Assembly: GCF_006345805.1 (NCBI RefSeq)
Contig: NC_043023.1
Location: 15,934,001-15,998,000 of the forward strand
Length of the DNA: 64,000 bases
Direction of reading: 5' to 3'
From: Octopus sinensis
Taxonomy: Eukaryota
Positions 24,801 through 38,954 of this stretch are shown piece after piece. The notes beneath the pieces are model-generated. The model had not been told where the DNA came from and searched no databases. It was given only the letters and a program-made list of their open reading frames with translations. Numbering within the stretch: the stretch's first letter is position 1; every line of letters begins with the position of its first letter. The position numbers and the translations under genes are program-made.

Positions 24801-27800
24801 GAGTACGGGATTCAAGCCTCTTCTCCTTATCTCCTCAAAGACATACATCATCTCGAAAGAGTCCAGAAGCTGGCTACCCGCATGGTTCTTGGTCTCAAGC
24901 ATTTGTCTTATGAAGAAAGGCTGAAGACGCTCGACCTTTTTTCTCTAGAAAAACGACGACGCTATGGTGATCTCATTCTTGCTCACAACATCATAAGTTG
25001 AAAGTGTAACCTCTCGAAAGAGCTGCTCTTCACTCCTGCTCCAGAGCGGGGTCACTCCGAAAAGCTCTATCTGCGACAATTTCATCTCAATCGAAGGAGA
25101 GGGCTTTCTCTGTCCGGGTTGCAGATCCGTGGAATAAGCTGCCGGACGAGATAGTGAAGATGCCGACGACCGCTCGGTTCAAAGTCTCTCTTGACCACAA
25201 ATGGCCTGAACTCTTTGCATGAACACCACCCTGTACATAACTCCATGTGCCCCTACATGGCCTTGCTTTTTGAGCCAAAAAATTAACTTAACTTTTAATA
25301 AGTGCTGGCAAAAGGAAGGGCAACAAGATGTAGGAAATCTGTCTAAACAAATCCTGCCTCATCCATGAAGAAAATCACAGACGAGTGATATATTCTTACC
25401 TTTATCAAGTCCATTCTGTCAGGTCCACAGAACCCCAGGGATGACAGCAGCATCAACAGATCTGTGACAACAAACAAAGAAGAATGAAAAGAAAAACATA
25501 TTCCAAGCATGAAGCGATACTATATCTACCCCAGTATATCACTAGTGCCATGTTTTATTAACCCTTTTGATACCAACCCGGCTGAAACCGGCTCTGGCTC
25601 TTAGTACAAATGTCTTGTTTTCATAAGTGTTGAATTAAAATCTTCCACCAAACCTTAGTCACAATTTATGTTCCTAACACTAGCTTAATGATAACTAAGT
25701 TATTTTACTAAATTCTTTGTTATATTTAAAATTAATTGAAAGAAACACAGAGCATCTCGACAGAAATATGGTAACAAAAGGGTTAAAATATATAATAGAG
25801 AAACAATTCTTCACCCTTTTGGTACCAACCTGGCTGAAACCACCTCTGACCCTGTAGTACAAATGTCTTGTTTTCATAAGTCTTGAATTAAAATCTTCCA
25901 CCAAACCTTAGTCACAATTTATGTTCCCAACACTAGCTTAATGACAACTAAGTTATTTTACTAAATTCTTTGTTATATTTAAAATTAATTGAAAGAAACA
26001 CAGAGCATCTTGACAGAATATGGTAACAAAAGGGTTAAAATATATAATAGAGAAACAATTCTTCACCCTTTTGGTACCAACCTGGCTGAAACCACCTCTG
26101 ACCCTGTAGTACAAATGTCTTGTTTTCATAAGTCTTGAATTAAAATCTTCCACCAAACCTTAGTCACAATTTATGTTCCTAACACTAGCTTAATGACAAC
26201 TAAGTTATTTTACTAAATTCTTTGTTATATTTAAAACTAGCAGTATCGCTCGGGTTTGTAAGGGAAATAACTATATAAGCATTTTTAGAGATGTAAAGTA
26301 TAATAGCCATCTCAATATGGCTAACCACAAGGGGGGGGGGTTTACAGTAGCTTTTTACGTTCTGAGATTTAATAATAAATCTTTAGAGAGTTACTTCCCT
26401 TATATATGCCAAAAATGCATTGAAAATGGGAAAAAATTGATGGTAAATTTTTTTTAAAATCATAGACTCATGCTAATACCCAGAAGGGCTCGATATGAAT
26501 CATGACTAAAAGATACCCGGTTTTGGTTAAACTGCACCGCAAAATGTGGGAGTAGTTAGGAATCTAAATCGTAGGAGACAGACACACAACCTCACTTTTA
26601 TATATAAAGATTAATTGAAAGAAACACAGAGCATCTCAACAGAAATAGGGTAACGAAAGGGTTAAAAATATATAATAGAGAAACAATTCTTAACCCTTTT
26701 GATACCAACCTGGCTGAAACCGCTTCTGGCTGTGTATAAATGTCTTGTTTTCATAAGTTTTGAATTAAAATCTTCCATCAAACCTTAGTCACAATTTATG
26801 TTCCTAACACTAGCTTAATGATAACTAAGCTATTTTAGTAAATTCTTTGTTATATTTAAAATTAATTGAAAGAAACACAGAGCATCTCAACAGAAATATG
26901 GTAACAAAAGGCTTAAAAATATATAATAGAGAAACAATTCTTAACCCTTTTGATACCAACCTGGCTGAAACCGCTTCTGGCTGTGTATAAATGTCTTGTT
27001 TTCATAAGTTTTGAATTAAAATCTTCCATCAAACCTTAGTCACAATTTATGTTCCTAACACTAGCTTAATGATAACTAAGCTATTTTAGTAAATTCTTTG
27101 TTATATTTAAAATTAATTGAAAGAAACACAGAGAATCTCAACAGAAATATGGTAACAAAGGGCTTAAAAATATAATAGAGAAACAATTCTTAACCCTTTC
27201 AATACCAACCCGGCTGAAACTGCTTCTGGCTCTGTAGTACAAATGTCTTGTTTTCATAAATTTTGAATTAAAATCTTCCACCAAACCTTAGTCACAATTT
27301 ATGTTCCTAACACTAGCTTAATGATAACTAAGTTATTTTACTAAATACTTTGTTATTTTTAAAATTAATTGAAAGAAACACAGAGCATCTCAACAGAAAT
27401 ATGGTAACAAAAGGCTTAAACCAAAATGGAGGAAAGATAAAGTTAGTCTACTATTATAATTCCACTGACATCTAGGATCGTCAAACGTCCATTTTCCCTA
27501 CTGGCGGTGTGGGTTGGACAGTTTGACAGAAGCTGGTCGGCGGGAAAGCTGTCCATGCTCCAGCTAGGTTTCTTTTGACATGGATTGACCTGGATGTCCT
27601 TCCTAACGCCAACCACTTCACAGGATTGTACTGGGTGCTTTATGCATGGCACTAGCCATGGGTGCTGCAAATGGGACACTGGCACACACCCATCTTCAAC
27701 CCATGACATCATTGGCCAGTGTAGTCCCTGGAGTTAAAAAGCATGGTCATGGTAGGAATGTCACACGATCAATCTGCTGGATTGGTACTGACCTAGAGGC

Positions 27801-28020
27801 CAAAAAAAAAAACAACCCACCAGCTTTACTATATTAACATCAACATACATAGGCGTAGGAGTGGCTGTGTGGTAAGTAGCTTGCTTACCAACCACATGGT
27901 TGCGGGTTCAGTCCCACAGCGGGGCACCTTGGGCAAGTGACTTCTACTATAGCCTTGGGCTGACCAAAGATTTGAGAATGGATTTGGTAGACGGAAACTG
28001 AAAGAAGCCCGTCATATATA

Positions 28021-28056
<36 letters not shown>

Positions 28057-28225
28057 GGCGTAGGAGTGGCTGTGTGGTAAGTAGCTTGCTTACTAACCAC
28101 ATGGTTCTGGGTTTAGTCCCACAGCGGGACACCTTGGGCAAGTGTCTTCTACTATAGCCTCGGGCCGACCAAAGCCATGTGAGTGGATTTGGTAGACGGA
28201 AACTGAAAGAAGCCCGTCATATATA

Positions 28226-28261
<36 letters not shown>

Positions 28262-30693
28262 GGCGTAGGAGTAGCTGTGTGGTAAGTAGCTTGTTTACCA
28301 ACCACATGGTTCCGGGTTCAGTCCCACTGCGTGGCACCTTGGGGAAGTGTATTCTACTATAGCCTTGGGCCGACCAAAGCCTTGTGAGTGGATTTGGCAG
28401 ATGGAAACTGAAAAGAAGCCTGTCGTATATATGTATATATATATATGTATGTATGTTTGTTCCCTCAACATCACCTGACAACCGATGCTGGTGTGCTTAG
28501 GTCCCCGTAACTTAGTGGTTCGGCAAGAGAGACCGATAGAATAAGTACTAGGCTTACAAGGAATACGTACTGGGGTTGATTTGCTCGACTAAAGGCAGTG
28601 CTCCAGCATGGCCGCAGTAAAATGACTGAAACAAGTAAAAGAGAGTAAGCGTATACATCCCATGGACATTGATACATACCAACCATGACCCCTGCCCCTA
28701 ATCCCTAGACAAACCAGAGAGATCAATTAGTCAGTTACCTTTCCTAAGGCTCTCATTGTCAAAGTGAGCTGTGGTGTCGATGGAAACCAGCATGGTCGGT
28801 TCAATCCTAAGTGGCAGAGAAGGAAAAACGGTAAATAAATATGTTTGCATGGCATTGTAGGTGTTTGTCATAGGTTCTGTGCAAATTTACCTCAGCTTGA
28901 AAAACTTAGGCAGGTAAGTTTGTCTTAGAGTCAAGCACAGGTGTGCTGACAATTTTACTTCTCAAGCTAGCAGTATCGCCCGGCGTTGGTCGGGTTTGGT
29001 TCGACCCTTTAGAATTGGAATTTTTGAAAAGTAAAAAATTTTGCATTATGTAGCTTGTTATTCTCTTTAAGTGAACATTTTTCTGGTTGAAATACACCGA
29101 AAAGTGGCGACACAGCAGTCAAAAAATCGTAAAAAATAGGGATTTTCATAGAAAAAGCACCTTTTTGATGTAAATAATTTTTGGTCTTAACATAGTCCAA
29201 TTTGAATTTTATCTTCTACGGAAGGAAGAGCAAGCCTTCTTCTATCATACTCTCAATTCTGGTCAACTTGCGCCACAGGGTCTCAGAAGAGGAGATAGTG
29301 GTTAGTTGAAGGCTACCAAACCTACCATACACAGACAACTTCAACTTTATATATATAATAGCAGCATCGCCTGGCATTGCTCGAGTTTGTTTCAATCCTT
29401 TAGAACTGGAATTTTTGAAAAGTAAAAATTTTGCATTATGTAGCTTGTTATTCTCTTTAAGTGAACATTTTTCTGGTTGAAATACACCGAGAAATGGTGA
29501 CACAGCAGTCAAAGAATCGTAAAAAATAGGGATTTTCATAGAAAAAAAGCACCTTTTTTATGTAAATAATTTTTGGTGTTAACATGGTCCGATTTGAATT
29601 TTTTCTTCTACGGAAGGAAGAGCAAGCCTTCTTCTATCATACTCTCAATTTTGGTCAACTCGCACCGCAGGGTCTCGGAGGAGAGGGTGTTAGTTGAAGG
29701 CTACCAAACCTGCCATACAAACAACTTCAGCTTTATATATAGGGAGATTACCAGAAGTATCGCCCGGCATTGCTCGGGTTTGTTTCAACCCTTCAGAATT
29801 GGAATTTTTGAAAAGTAAAAATTTTGCATTATGTAGCTAGTTATTGGTCAACTTGTGCCGCAGGGCCTCGAAGGAGATAGTGTTAGTTGAAGGCTACCAA
29901 ACCTACCATACAGACAAACTTAGCTTTATACATAGAGAGATTACAATAATAGGCTTATCTCTGGACTACTGTAGTTATTCATGGCAAGCAGACTAATGGA
30001 CAGAACCACAAAATATTCAGAACAACAATAGGCTTATCTCCCCTCAACTACTGTGGTTGTCACCCTAATTACTACTTTCCACATCATTCACCAGTTTGAT
30101 TGTCCAAATATATTAGAAGGTTTGGAGATGATGTGCAGGTATTTTATATTAGAAGAAATAAGGTACTCAGAAATCTGGATGGTTTTATATTCACAGATAT
30201 TTATTAGTATGTTACAAGTTTTTATAAATCATGTATCATATATTAGCGCTGTGTTGCCATTTTTCATTGTCTGCCTAAGAGTAAACTCTTCAAGCGAGTT
30301 TTTTTTTTACCTCAATAGACGTCAGTGATTGGTTGAAATTGCAGAAATTGAAGGAAAAAACAAAACAAATATCTTACAAACTATAGAATTTTCTCAATAA
30401 AGCCAAGAGAAAAAGATGTTTTATAAACACATTCTACCAGTATACGAAGTTTAAAAGTGTTTAGTTACGTGGAAATTATCTTAAAAAACTGCCGTTCAAA
30501 CCGAAAAGATCCCAAATATCTTACAAACTATAGAATTTTCTCAATAAAGCCAAGAGAAAAAGATGCTTTATAAACACATTCTACCAGTATACAAAGTTTA
30601 AAAGTGTTTAGTTACGTAGTCTTCTACTATAGTCCCAGCCGAGCAAAGCCTTATGAGTGGATTTGGTAGACGGAAACTGAAAGAAGCCTGTCG

Positions 30694-30734
<41 letters not shown>

Positions 30735-33700
30735 CCGTGTTTGTCCCCCTAGCATTGCTTGACAACCGATGCTAGTGTGTTTATGTCCCCGTCATGTAGC
30801 GGTTCGGCAAAAGAGACCGATAGAATAAGTACTGGGCTTACAAAGAATAAGTCCTGGGGTTGATTTGCTCGACTAAAGGCAGTGCTCCAGCATGACTGAA
30901 ACAAGAAAAAAGAGAAAGAGTAAAGAGAGATACCTACATCCTCAGCAGCCATGCAATAATCTTGGTTCGTTCTTCCGAAGGGTTAACCAGTTGGTCCAAG
31001 ATCCAGTTCCGATCAATCCCCACGACATGGGGGCAGTCTAGATCCTGGTAAAATAGAAAGACAACATGAACAGTCCATTTAGGTGTGAGAGGGGAGGTAG
31101 GTATAAACAGCGAGGGCATGGAATGGTCAAGAAATCTGCCTCAATTTAAACAGTACATTAAGTAGTTTAGTAAGTCAGTACTAAACACACACATTATTGA
31201 TATTTTATATTAATTGGACAAAAGAAGATTTAGCAACTTACAGAGAATAGGTATCACATTTATTTTAAAACTTAACTTCAAACATCATTTGTTTTATATT
31301 TTGATAAATTCTCTCTGTTGAAAATCATATTTTTATATTCTAAATAATTTGCAATTTCAAAAAAATATATTAATTTTGCGTTTTTTAATTTGATAAATTC
31401 TACGGAAAGAATTTAGTACCCGAAAAATTTATACATTTCTGTGAAGGAATTAATTCATTAAGTTTAACAAAAAAAAATAATTAAGTTTCAGAAATTATAT
31501 ACGTTCGCATTTGTGTAAAAAAAAAATTATTATTTAAGTTTTAAAAATGATTTACTTTGTTCAAAAAATATTATAATATTATTAATATATCAATAATTAT
31601 TTAATTTATATAATTAATTCATTAATTTTATTCTGTAAAATAGTAATTAATTCATTTATCGGTAAATCCGCGAGGGAATCGCTATGTTGTCACTCAGGCA
31701 GCTAGAAATAGCAGCCAGATTTCCCTCCAATAACACCTTATTGTCTTAAAAAGCAGAAAGGTATCTAAAAAAATCCGATTTTTTTGTTTTTAGTGAAAAT
31801 CGTGCGGGTGTTACTCTGTAATTTTACCAAAAAAAGTTATATACATTTGTGTGAAGAAATTAATTCATTAAGTTTAACAAATTATATGGGGGTGGGGGGT
31901 CGTAACGTGCATGCGCGAATCGCGCACAGCGCATGCGCAAGTCACCTCGTATGATCTCGAGTGCATACGCCTGGCTAGCGCGCATGCGCGAATCCGCGTG
32001 TGCGCAACCGGGACCACACTGCGATACAAGTACCAACTTATTACTACTCGTGCTAGCTAGTCGTAAATACTCGATCATACAACGACTACCTAGCAAAGTA
32101 AATAAGACACAAAATAAATAATTTTTTTTTTACACAAGTAAATAAAACACAAAAACACAAAGTAAGGATCGACTAGTCACGACTAGCTAGCGCGGATGCG
32201 CGCACCAGATCTTTATCCTTTGAACGGCAGATCGAGAAATTGGTACTACTTGAGAACAGTGGTCCCGGTGCGCGCTAGCTAGTCGATCCTTACTTTGTGT
32301 TTTATTTACTTTGTTTAACAAAAATTATTCATTTTGTGTTTTATTTACTTTGCTAGGTAATCGTAGGATCGACTAGTCACGACTAGCTGGCGAGGATGGG
32401 CGCACCGAGACCACTGTTCGCTAGTAGTACCCTTATTCTCATCGCCCTCACTCATACACGTAATTAAAAAAAAAAGGTTTAAACGGCGAATTATTCCATT
32501 CAATGCCTTTCTATAAGAAACGTTTAGACCTTTAGCTGCTATTTCTAGCATAACGAGTTTCCTGGTGAGAGCATCAATGACCTTCATTGCCTGTTGCTTC
32601 ATTAAGTACAACGCCCGAAACGGGAGGAAAGAAATATGGACGACGTATTCTGAAACACCCCCGAGTGGAGAACAGTTCTCAAAAATAGCCCCCGGTTGTT
32701 TTCCTACAAAATTCCTATGTCCTTGGAATCCACATAGTCCAAGGTAGACTTGTAGAGAATTTCATAAAAAAATATCCGTTTTCTTGAGAGTTAAGGCGAA
32801 TTAAAGTGAACTCCAGTGAAGTTTCCGAAATTCCTCACCCCCAAATTTTGGTTAATATAGGGCGTAACAAATATCAGAAAATCAAAAAAAAAATGTGTGT
32901 AATAGGTGTAAAACAACTTCCTATGAACGAATATGAAAAAAAAAATTCGCGCACGCGAAAGGGGGGTGGGGGAGAGGCCTCGGAAAATTCACATCGGGAA
33001 GTTCCGAAAGCGTCTGAGGAGCTGACCCGGGCACCAAAACAAAAAAAAAATAGTGTAATATGTGTAAAACAACTTGCTCTAAACGAATATGACAAAAAAA
33101 GATGCGCTCTCGCGAAAGAGGGGTGGGGGAGAGGCCTCGGAATATTTATATCGGGAATTTCCGAAAGCGTCTGAACCGGGCACAAAAACAAAAACAGCGT
33201 AATAGGTGTAAAACAACTTGCTCTAAACGACTATCATGAAAAAAATGCGCGCTCGCGAAAGGGGGGTGGGGGAGAGGCTTCGGAATTTCACATCTTCAGT
33301 CCACGGCCTTTAAACTAAGAAAAAATAGTGTAATTGGTGTAAAACTACTTGTTCTAAACGAGTATCAAGAACACACACTCACACATGAATCATAAACTCC
33401 GTATTTCGCAAAAAAAAAAATAAAGAGAAGAAATTCTGGAAAAAGTGAAGAAATGTTGGATCTCATTCCTTGGTTAAAGCTATTTTAAACATTAAATTTA
33501 TGCTTTTCTTTGAAATAGTTCAGATATATGCAATTCTTCTCACTTATTAAGATGCATTTATCAGAAAAAAAGAGACAGAAAAAATTATTATTTTGTGTCA
33601 ATCCTTCCCTAATTATCCTTTATTAATTAGTTTTGGCGTGTATTTTTTTCCCAAATTTATTTTTTCACCTTTACAACACTGTTTAGTAAAGCAATTAATT

Positions 33701-36700
33701 ATCTTTATAATTTGCATATTTGACTTATTAATCAAAATTCTCTAGATGTAATATATACTAAGTAATGCATCCTTCATTTATGTGTTCCGTTCTGTATTAT
33801 GCATGCGTGACTGTTTGTATGTAAGTGTGTTTAACTGTGCACATGAATGTGAATATTAAAGAACATATTTATTTACTATGATTGTTATTTTCAGAACAAA
33901 TAAATCTTTTGGCTGTTATGTTATTGATGTTATTATTATTGCTAGTTAAAGGGTGGTGACTTGGCTGAATATTTTGAGTCTTGTAGTATGTAGTTGTGTT
34001 AGTCAAATACTCTGAGTTCAAATCCAACTCATTTCTTTATCATCATTATCGATGGACCACTCAAAGAGGTATGTATACATTATCATTTTCGTAACATAAT
34101 TTCTGTAGTATTTCAAGATGTTTCTGACACGTATTTTGATTCACATGGCGGAGATCCAACATTTCTTCACTTTTCCAGAATTTCTTCTCTTTATTTTTTT
34201 TTTTTGCGAAATACGGAGTTTATGATTCATGTGTGAGTGTGGTGTTCTTGATACTCGTTTAGAACAAGTAGTTTTACACCAATTACACTATTTTTTCTTA
34301 GTTTAAAGGCCGTGGACTGAAGATGTGAAATTTCCGAAGCCTCTCCCCCACCCCCCTTTCGCGAGCGCGCATTTTTTTCATGATAGTCGTTTAGAGCAAG
34401 TTGTTTTACACCTATTACGCTGTTTTTTTTTTGTTTTGGTGCCCGGGTCAGCTCCTCAGACGCTTTCGGAACTTCCCGATGTGAATTTTCCGAGGCCTCT
34501 CCCCCACCCCCCTTTCGCGTGCGCGAATTTTTTATTCATATTCGTTCATAGGAAGTTGTTTTACACCTATTACACACATTTTTTTTTTGATTTTCTGATA
34601 TTTGTTACGCCCTATATTAACCCAAATTTTTGGGTTAAACTAAAGCGTTACACCATTCAAAGAAACAAAAAAAATGTGTGTGTAATAGGTGTAAAACAAC
34701 TTCCTCTGAACGAATATGAAAAAGAAAATGCGCGCACGCGAAATGGGGAGTGGGGGAGAGGCCTCGGAAAATTTATATCGGGAATTTCCGAAAGCGTCTG
34801 AACCGGGCACAAAAGCAAAAACTGCGTAATAGGTGTAAAACAACTTGCTCTAAACGACTATCATGAAAAAAATGCGCGCTCGCGAATGGGGAGTGGCCTC
34901 GGAAATTTCACATCTTCAGTCCACGGCTTTTAAACTAAGAACAAAATAGTGTAATTGGTGTAAAACTACTTGTTCTAAACGATTATCAAGAACACACACT
35001 CACACATGAATCATAAACTCCGTATTTTTGTACATATTTCGCAAAAAAAAAAAAGAGAAATTCTGGAAAAAGTGAAGATATTTTAAAGTTAAAGAAAACA
35101 TTCCTTATGACATAATTTCACTTGTTAGTACCATGTAACCCTATTAGTTGACAGCAAGAAAAAGATTAACTGCGATATATGCATATTCACTCGGAAGGAT
35201 TATAAATAATCCAATCAAAGAATGTTTCGCTTCACCTAAGTCTGTTTATGTAACAGTATTTCTTGAAAAGATCTTGAAGAAAAACAGTGAAATTATCTCA
35301 TAAGGAATGTTTTCTTTAACTTTAAAATATCTTCACTTTTTCCAGAATTTCTTTTTATTTTTTTTTTTTTTGCGAAATATGTACAAAAATACGGAGTTTA
35401 TGATTCATGTGTGAGTGTGTGTTCTTGATACTCGTTTAGAACAAGTAGTTTTACACCAATTACACTATTTTTTTCCTTAGTTTAAAGGCCGTGGACTGAA
35501 GATGTGAATATTCCGAAGCCTCTCCCCCACCCCCTTTCGCGAGTGCGCATTTTTTTCATGATAGTCGTTTAGAGCAAGTTGTTTTACACATATTACACTA
35601 TTTTTTTTGTTTTGGTGCCCGGCTCAGCTTTCGGAAATTCCCGATGTGAAATTTCCGAGGCCTCTCCCCCACTCCCCTTTCGCGCGCGCGCATTGTTTTT
35701 TCATATTCATTCAGAGGAAGTTGTTTTACACCTATTACACATTTTTTTTGTTTTTTTGACCGGGTTTAACGCTTTAGTTTAACCAAAAAGTCTTTCCGAA
35801 AATAGTAGCTGAAAAACAGGAAAGAAAAAAAAACCCCGAAAAGGCAGTAGAAACGCACGAAGTATTATGGTGATGCCATGAAGTAAACATGCTTCAGATA
35901 CACTCGTTTCTTCGTACAAACATAACTGAGATGAAATAGGTCTATAAATAACTGAGAAACGAAGCTGTTGCTGACAGACAACAGCAGTAATTTTATTTAG
36001 CTGAATACACGTCATTGATTGATTGACCGAAACACAAGAACTTACTTTTTGAACATATAAACTTTTCTGAACAACACTAGGCACAGGAGTTCCGGGTTCA
36101 GTCCCACTGCGTGGCATCTTGGGCAAGTGTCTTCTGCTATAGCCTTGGGCCGACCAAAGCCTTGTGAGTGGATTTGGTAGACGGAAACTGAAAGAAGCCC
36201 GTCGTATATATATATATATATATATGTTTATATGTATGTGTGTATATGTTTGTTTGTGTGTGTGTTTGTCCCCCTAGCATTGCTTGACAACCGATGCTGG
36301 TGTGTTTACGTCCCCGTCACTTAGCGGTTCAGCAAAAGAGACCGATAGAATAAGTACTGGGCTTACAAAGAGTAAGTCCTCAGGTCGATTTGCTCGACTA
36401 AAGGTGGTGCTCCAGCATGGCCGCAGTCAAATGACTGAAACAAGTAAAAGAGTAAAGATGTTTTATAAACACATTCTACCAGTATCCGAAGTTTGAAAGT
36501 GTTTAGTTAAAAAAAAAATTAATTTCTCGATCTGCCGTTCAAAGGGTTCTAAAGATCCGATTTTTTTGCATATTCAGAATGACCGTTGGGGAGACAAAGG
36601 GCGGAATTCGTAGAGGGGGGAAAAAAAGCACAAACAGGTGGAATGCTTATTCTCAGTCGCCTCACTCATACACGTAATTAAAAAAGGGTTTAAACGGCGA

Positions 36701-38923
36701 ATTATTCCGTTCAATGCCTTTCTGTTAGAAACGTCTTGACCTTTAGCTGTTATTGGTACTACTAGCTAGTCGTGACTTGTCGATCCTACAACGACTACCT
36801 AGCAAAGTAAATAAGACACAAAATAAATAATTTTTTTAAACAAAGTAAATAAAACACAAAGGATCGACTAGTCACGACTAGCTAGCCCGGATGCGCGCTA
36901 GCTAGTCGTGACTAGTCGATCCTTTGTGTGTTTTATTTACTTTGTTTAAAAAAATTATTTATTTTGTGTCTTATTTACTTTGCTAGGTAGTCGTTGTAGG
37001 ATCGACTACTTACGACTAGCTAGCGCGGATGCGCGCACCGGGACCACTGTTCGCTAGTGGTACCCTTATTCTCATCGCCCCCACACATACACGTAATTAA
37101 AAAAAAAAAGGTTTAAACGGCGAATTATTCCATTCAATGCCTTTCTGTTAGAAACGTTTAGACCTTTAGCTGCTATTTCTAGCATAACGAGTTTCCTGGT
37201 GAGAGCATCAATGACCTTCATTGCCTGTTGCTTCATTAAGTACAACGCCCGAAACGGGAGTAAAGAAATATGGACGACGTATTCTGAAACACCCCCGAGT
37301 GCAGAACAGTTCTCAAAAATAACCCCCGGTTGTTTTCCTACAAAATTCCTATGTCCTTGGAATCTACATAGTCCAAGGTAGACTTGTAGAGAATTTCATT
37401 AAAAAATATCCGTTTTCTTGAGAGTTAAGACGAATTAAAGTGAACTCCGATGAAGTTTCCGAAATTCCTCACCCCCAAATTTTTGGGTTAAACTAAAGCG
37501 TTACACCATTCAAAGAAACAAAAAAAAATTTGTGTAATATGTGTAAAACAACTTCCTCTGAACGAATATGACAAAAGAAATGCGCACTCGCGAAAGAGGG
37601 GTGGGGGAGAGGCCTCGGAAAATTTATATCGGGAATTTCCGAAAGCGTCTGAACCGGGCACAAAAACAAAAGCAAAAATTGCGTAATAGGTGTAAAACAA
37701 CTTGCTCTAAACGACTATCACGAAAAAAATGCGCGCACGCGAATGGGGAGTGGCCTCGGAAATTTCACATCTTCAGTCCACGGCCTTTAAACTAAGAAAA
37801 AAATAGTGTAATTGGTGTAAAACTACTTGTTCTAAACGAGTATCAAGAACACACACTCACACATGAATCATAAACTCCGTATTTTTGTACGTATTTCGTA
37901 AAAAAAAAAAAATAAAGAGAAGAAATTCTGGAAAAAGTGAAGAAATATTGCATCTCCGCCTTCAAAATTCCTATGTCCTTGGAATCTACATAGGCCGAGG
38001 TAGGTTTGTAGAGAATTTCATTAAAAAATATCCATTTGCTGAAGAGTTATGACAAATTAAAGTGAACTCTGGTGAAGTTTCCGAAATTCCTCACACCCAA
38101 ATTTTTGTATATTTGGAATCTACGTCGACATAATACAACATATTCCGTAGGGTTATATCCATTTCTCTGAATCTTACGACCATCTAAAATCGGGGGCAGA
38201 AATCTGTAGTTATGTAAATTATTTTAAAAAACTGCCGTTCAAACCGAAAAGATCCCAAATATCTTACAAACTGTAGAATTTTCTCAATAAAGCCAAGAGA
38301 AAAAGATGTTTTATAAACACATTCTACCAGTATACGAAGTTAAAAGTGTTTAGTTACGTGGAAATTATTTTAAAATACTGCCGTTCAAACCGAAAAAACC
38401 CTGGCTTTTTTTCTAAGAATGAAACAGTAACAAACTAATTACCTCCATCCACAGATCTTGTAGGACCACATTTTCCCACCAATAGCGTCACCATACGTAG
38501 CAAGGCCGCATGACGAATTGCAATTATCGTAAGAGTACGTGTTCATAATTGGGTTGGTGCATAATTATTGCGGCTTTTTTTCCACAGATTTTAATCAACA
38601 AAAACAATAACAACTTGTAACAAAAATGGCATAGTTTCGGTTGTAGTAGCACAGATTTCCGTAAAAAACTTTTATTTTTTTACATAAGTAATGAGAGCGA
38701 AAGAGACTAAGAGGAAGCGATTTTACGACGATAAGGTTTCTCTTTGAAGTCGGCCTGTGTGTGTTTGATGGGGTGTGGGAGACAGACAGTATGTTGTGTA
38801 AGTGAAGTGCTTCTGTTAGTGTGTGTGAAGAGACAGACATACATATACACATACACCGAGTAAAAAATTACTATGAATCGGCCATACATACACACACACA
38901 CACACATAGATACATACACACAC

Positions 38924-38954
<31 letters not shown>

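Noticed and set aside
32345-32750. Protein-like ORFs within the palindrome complex (duplicated at about 37199-37381)
   Set aside because: They are short, have no recognisable transposase or other motif, and are conserved only because the block is a recent duplicate.
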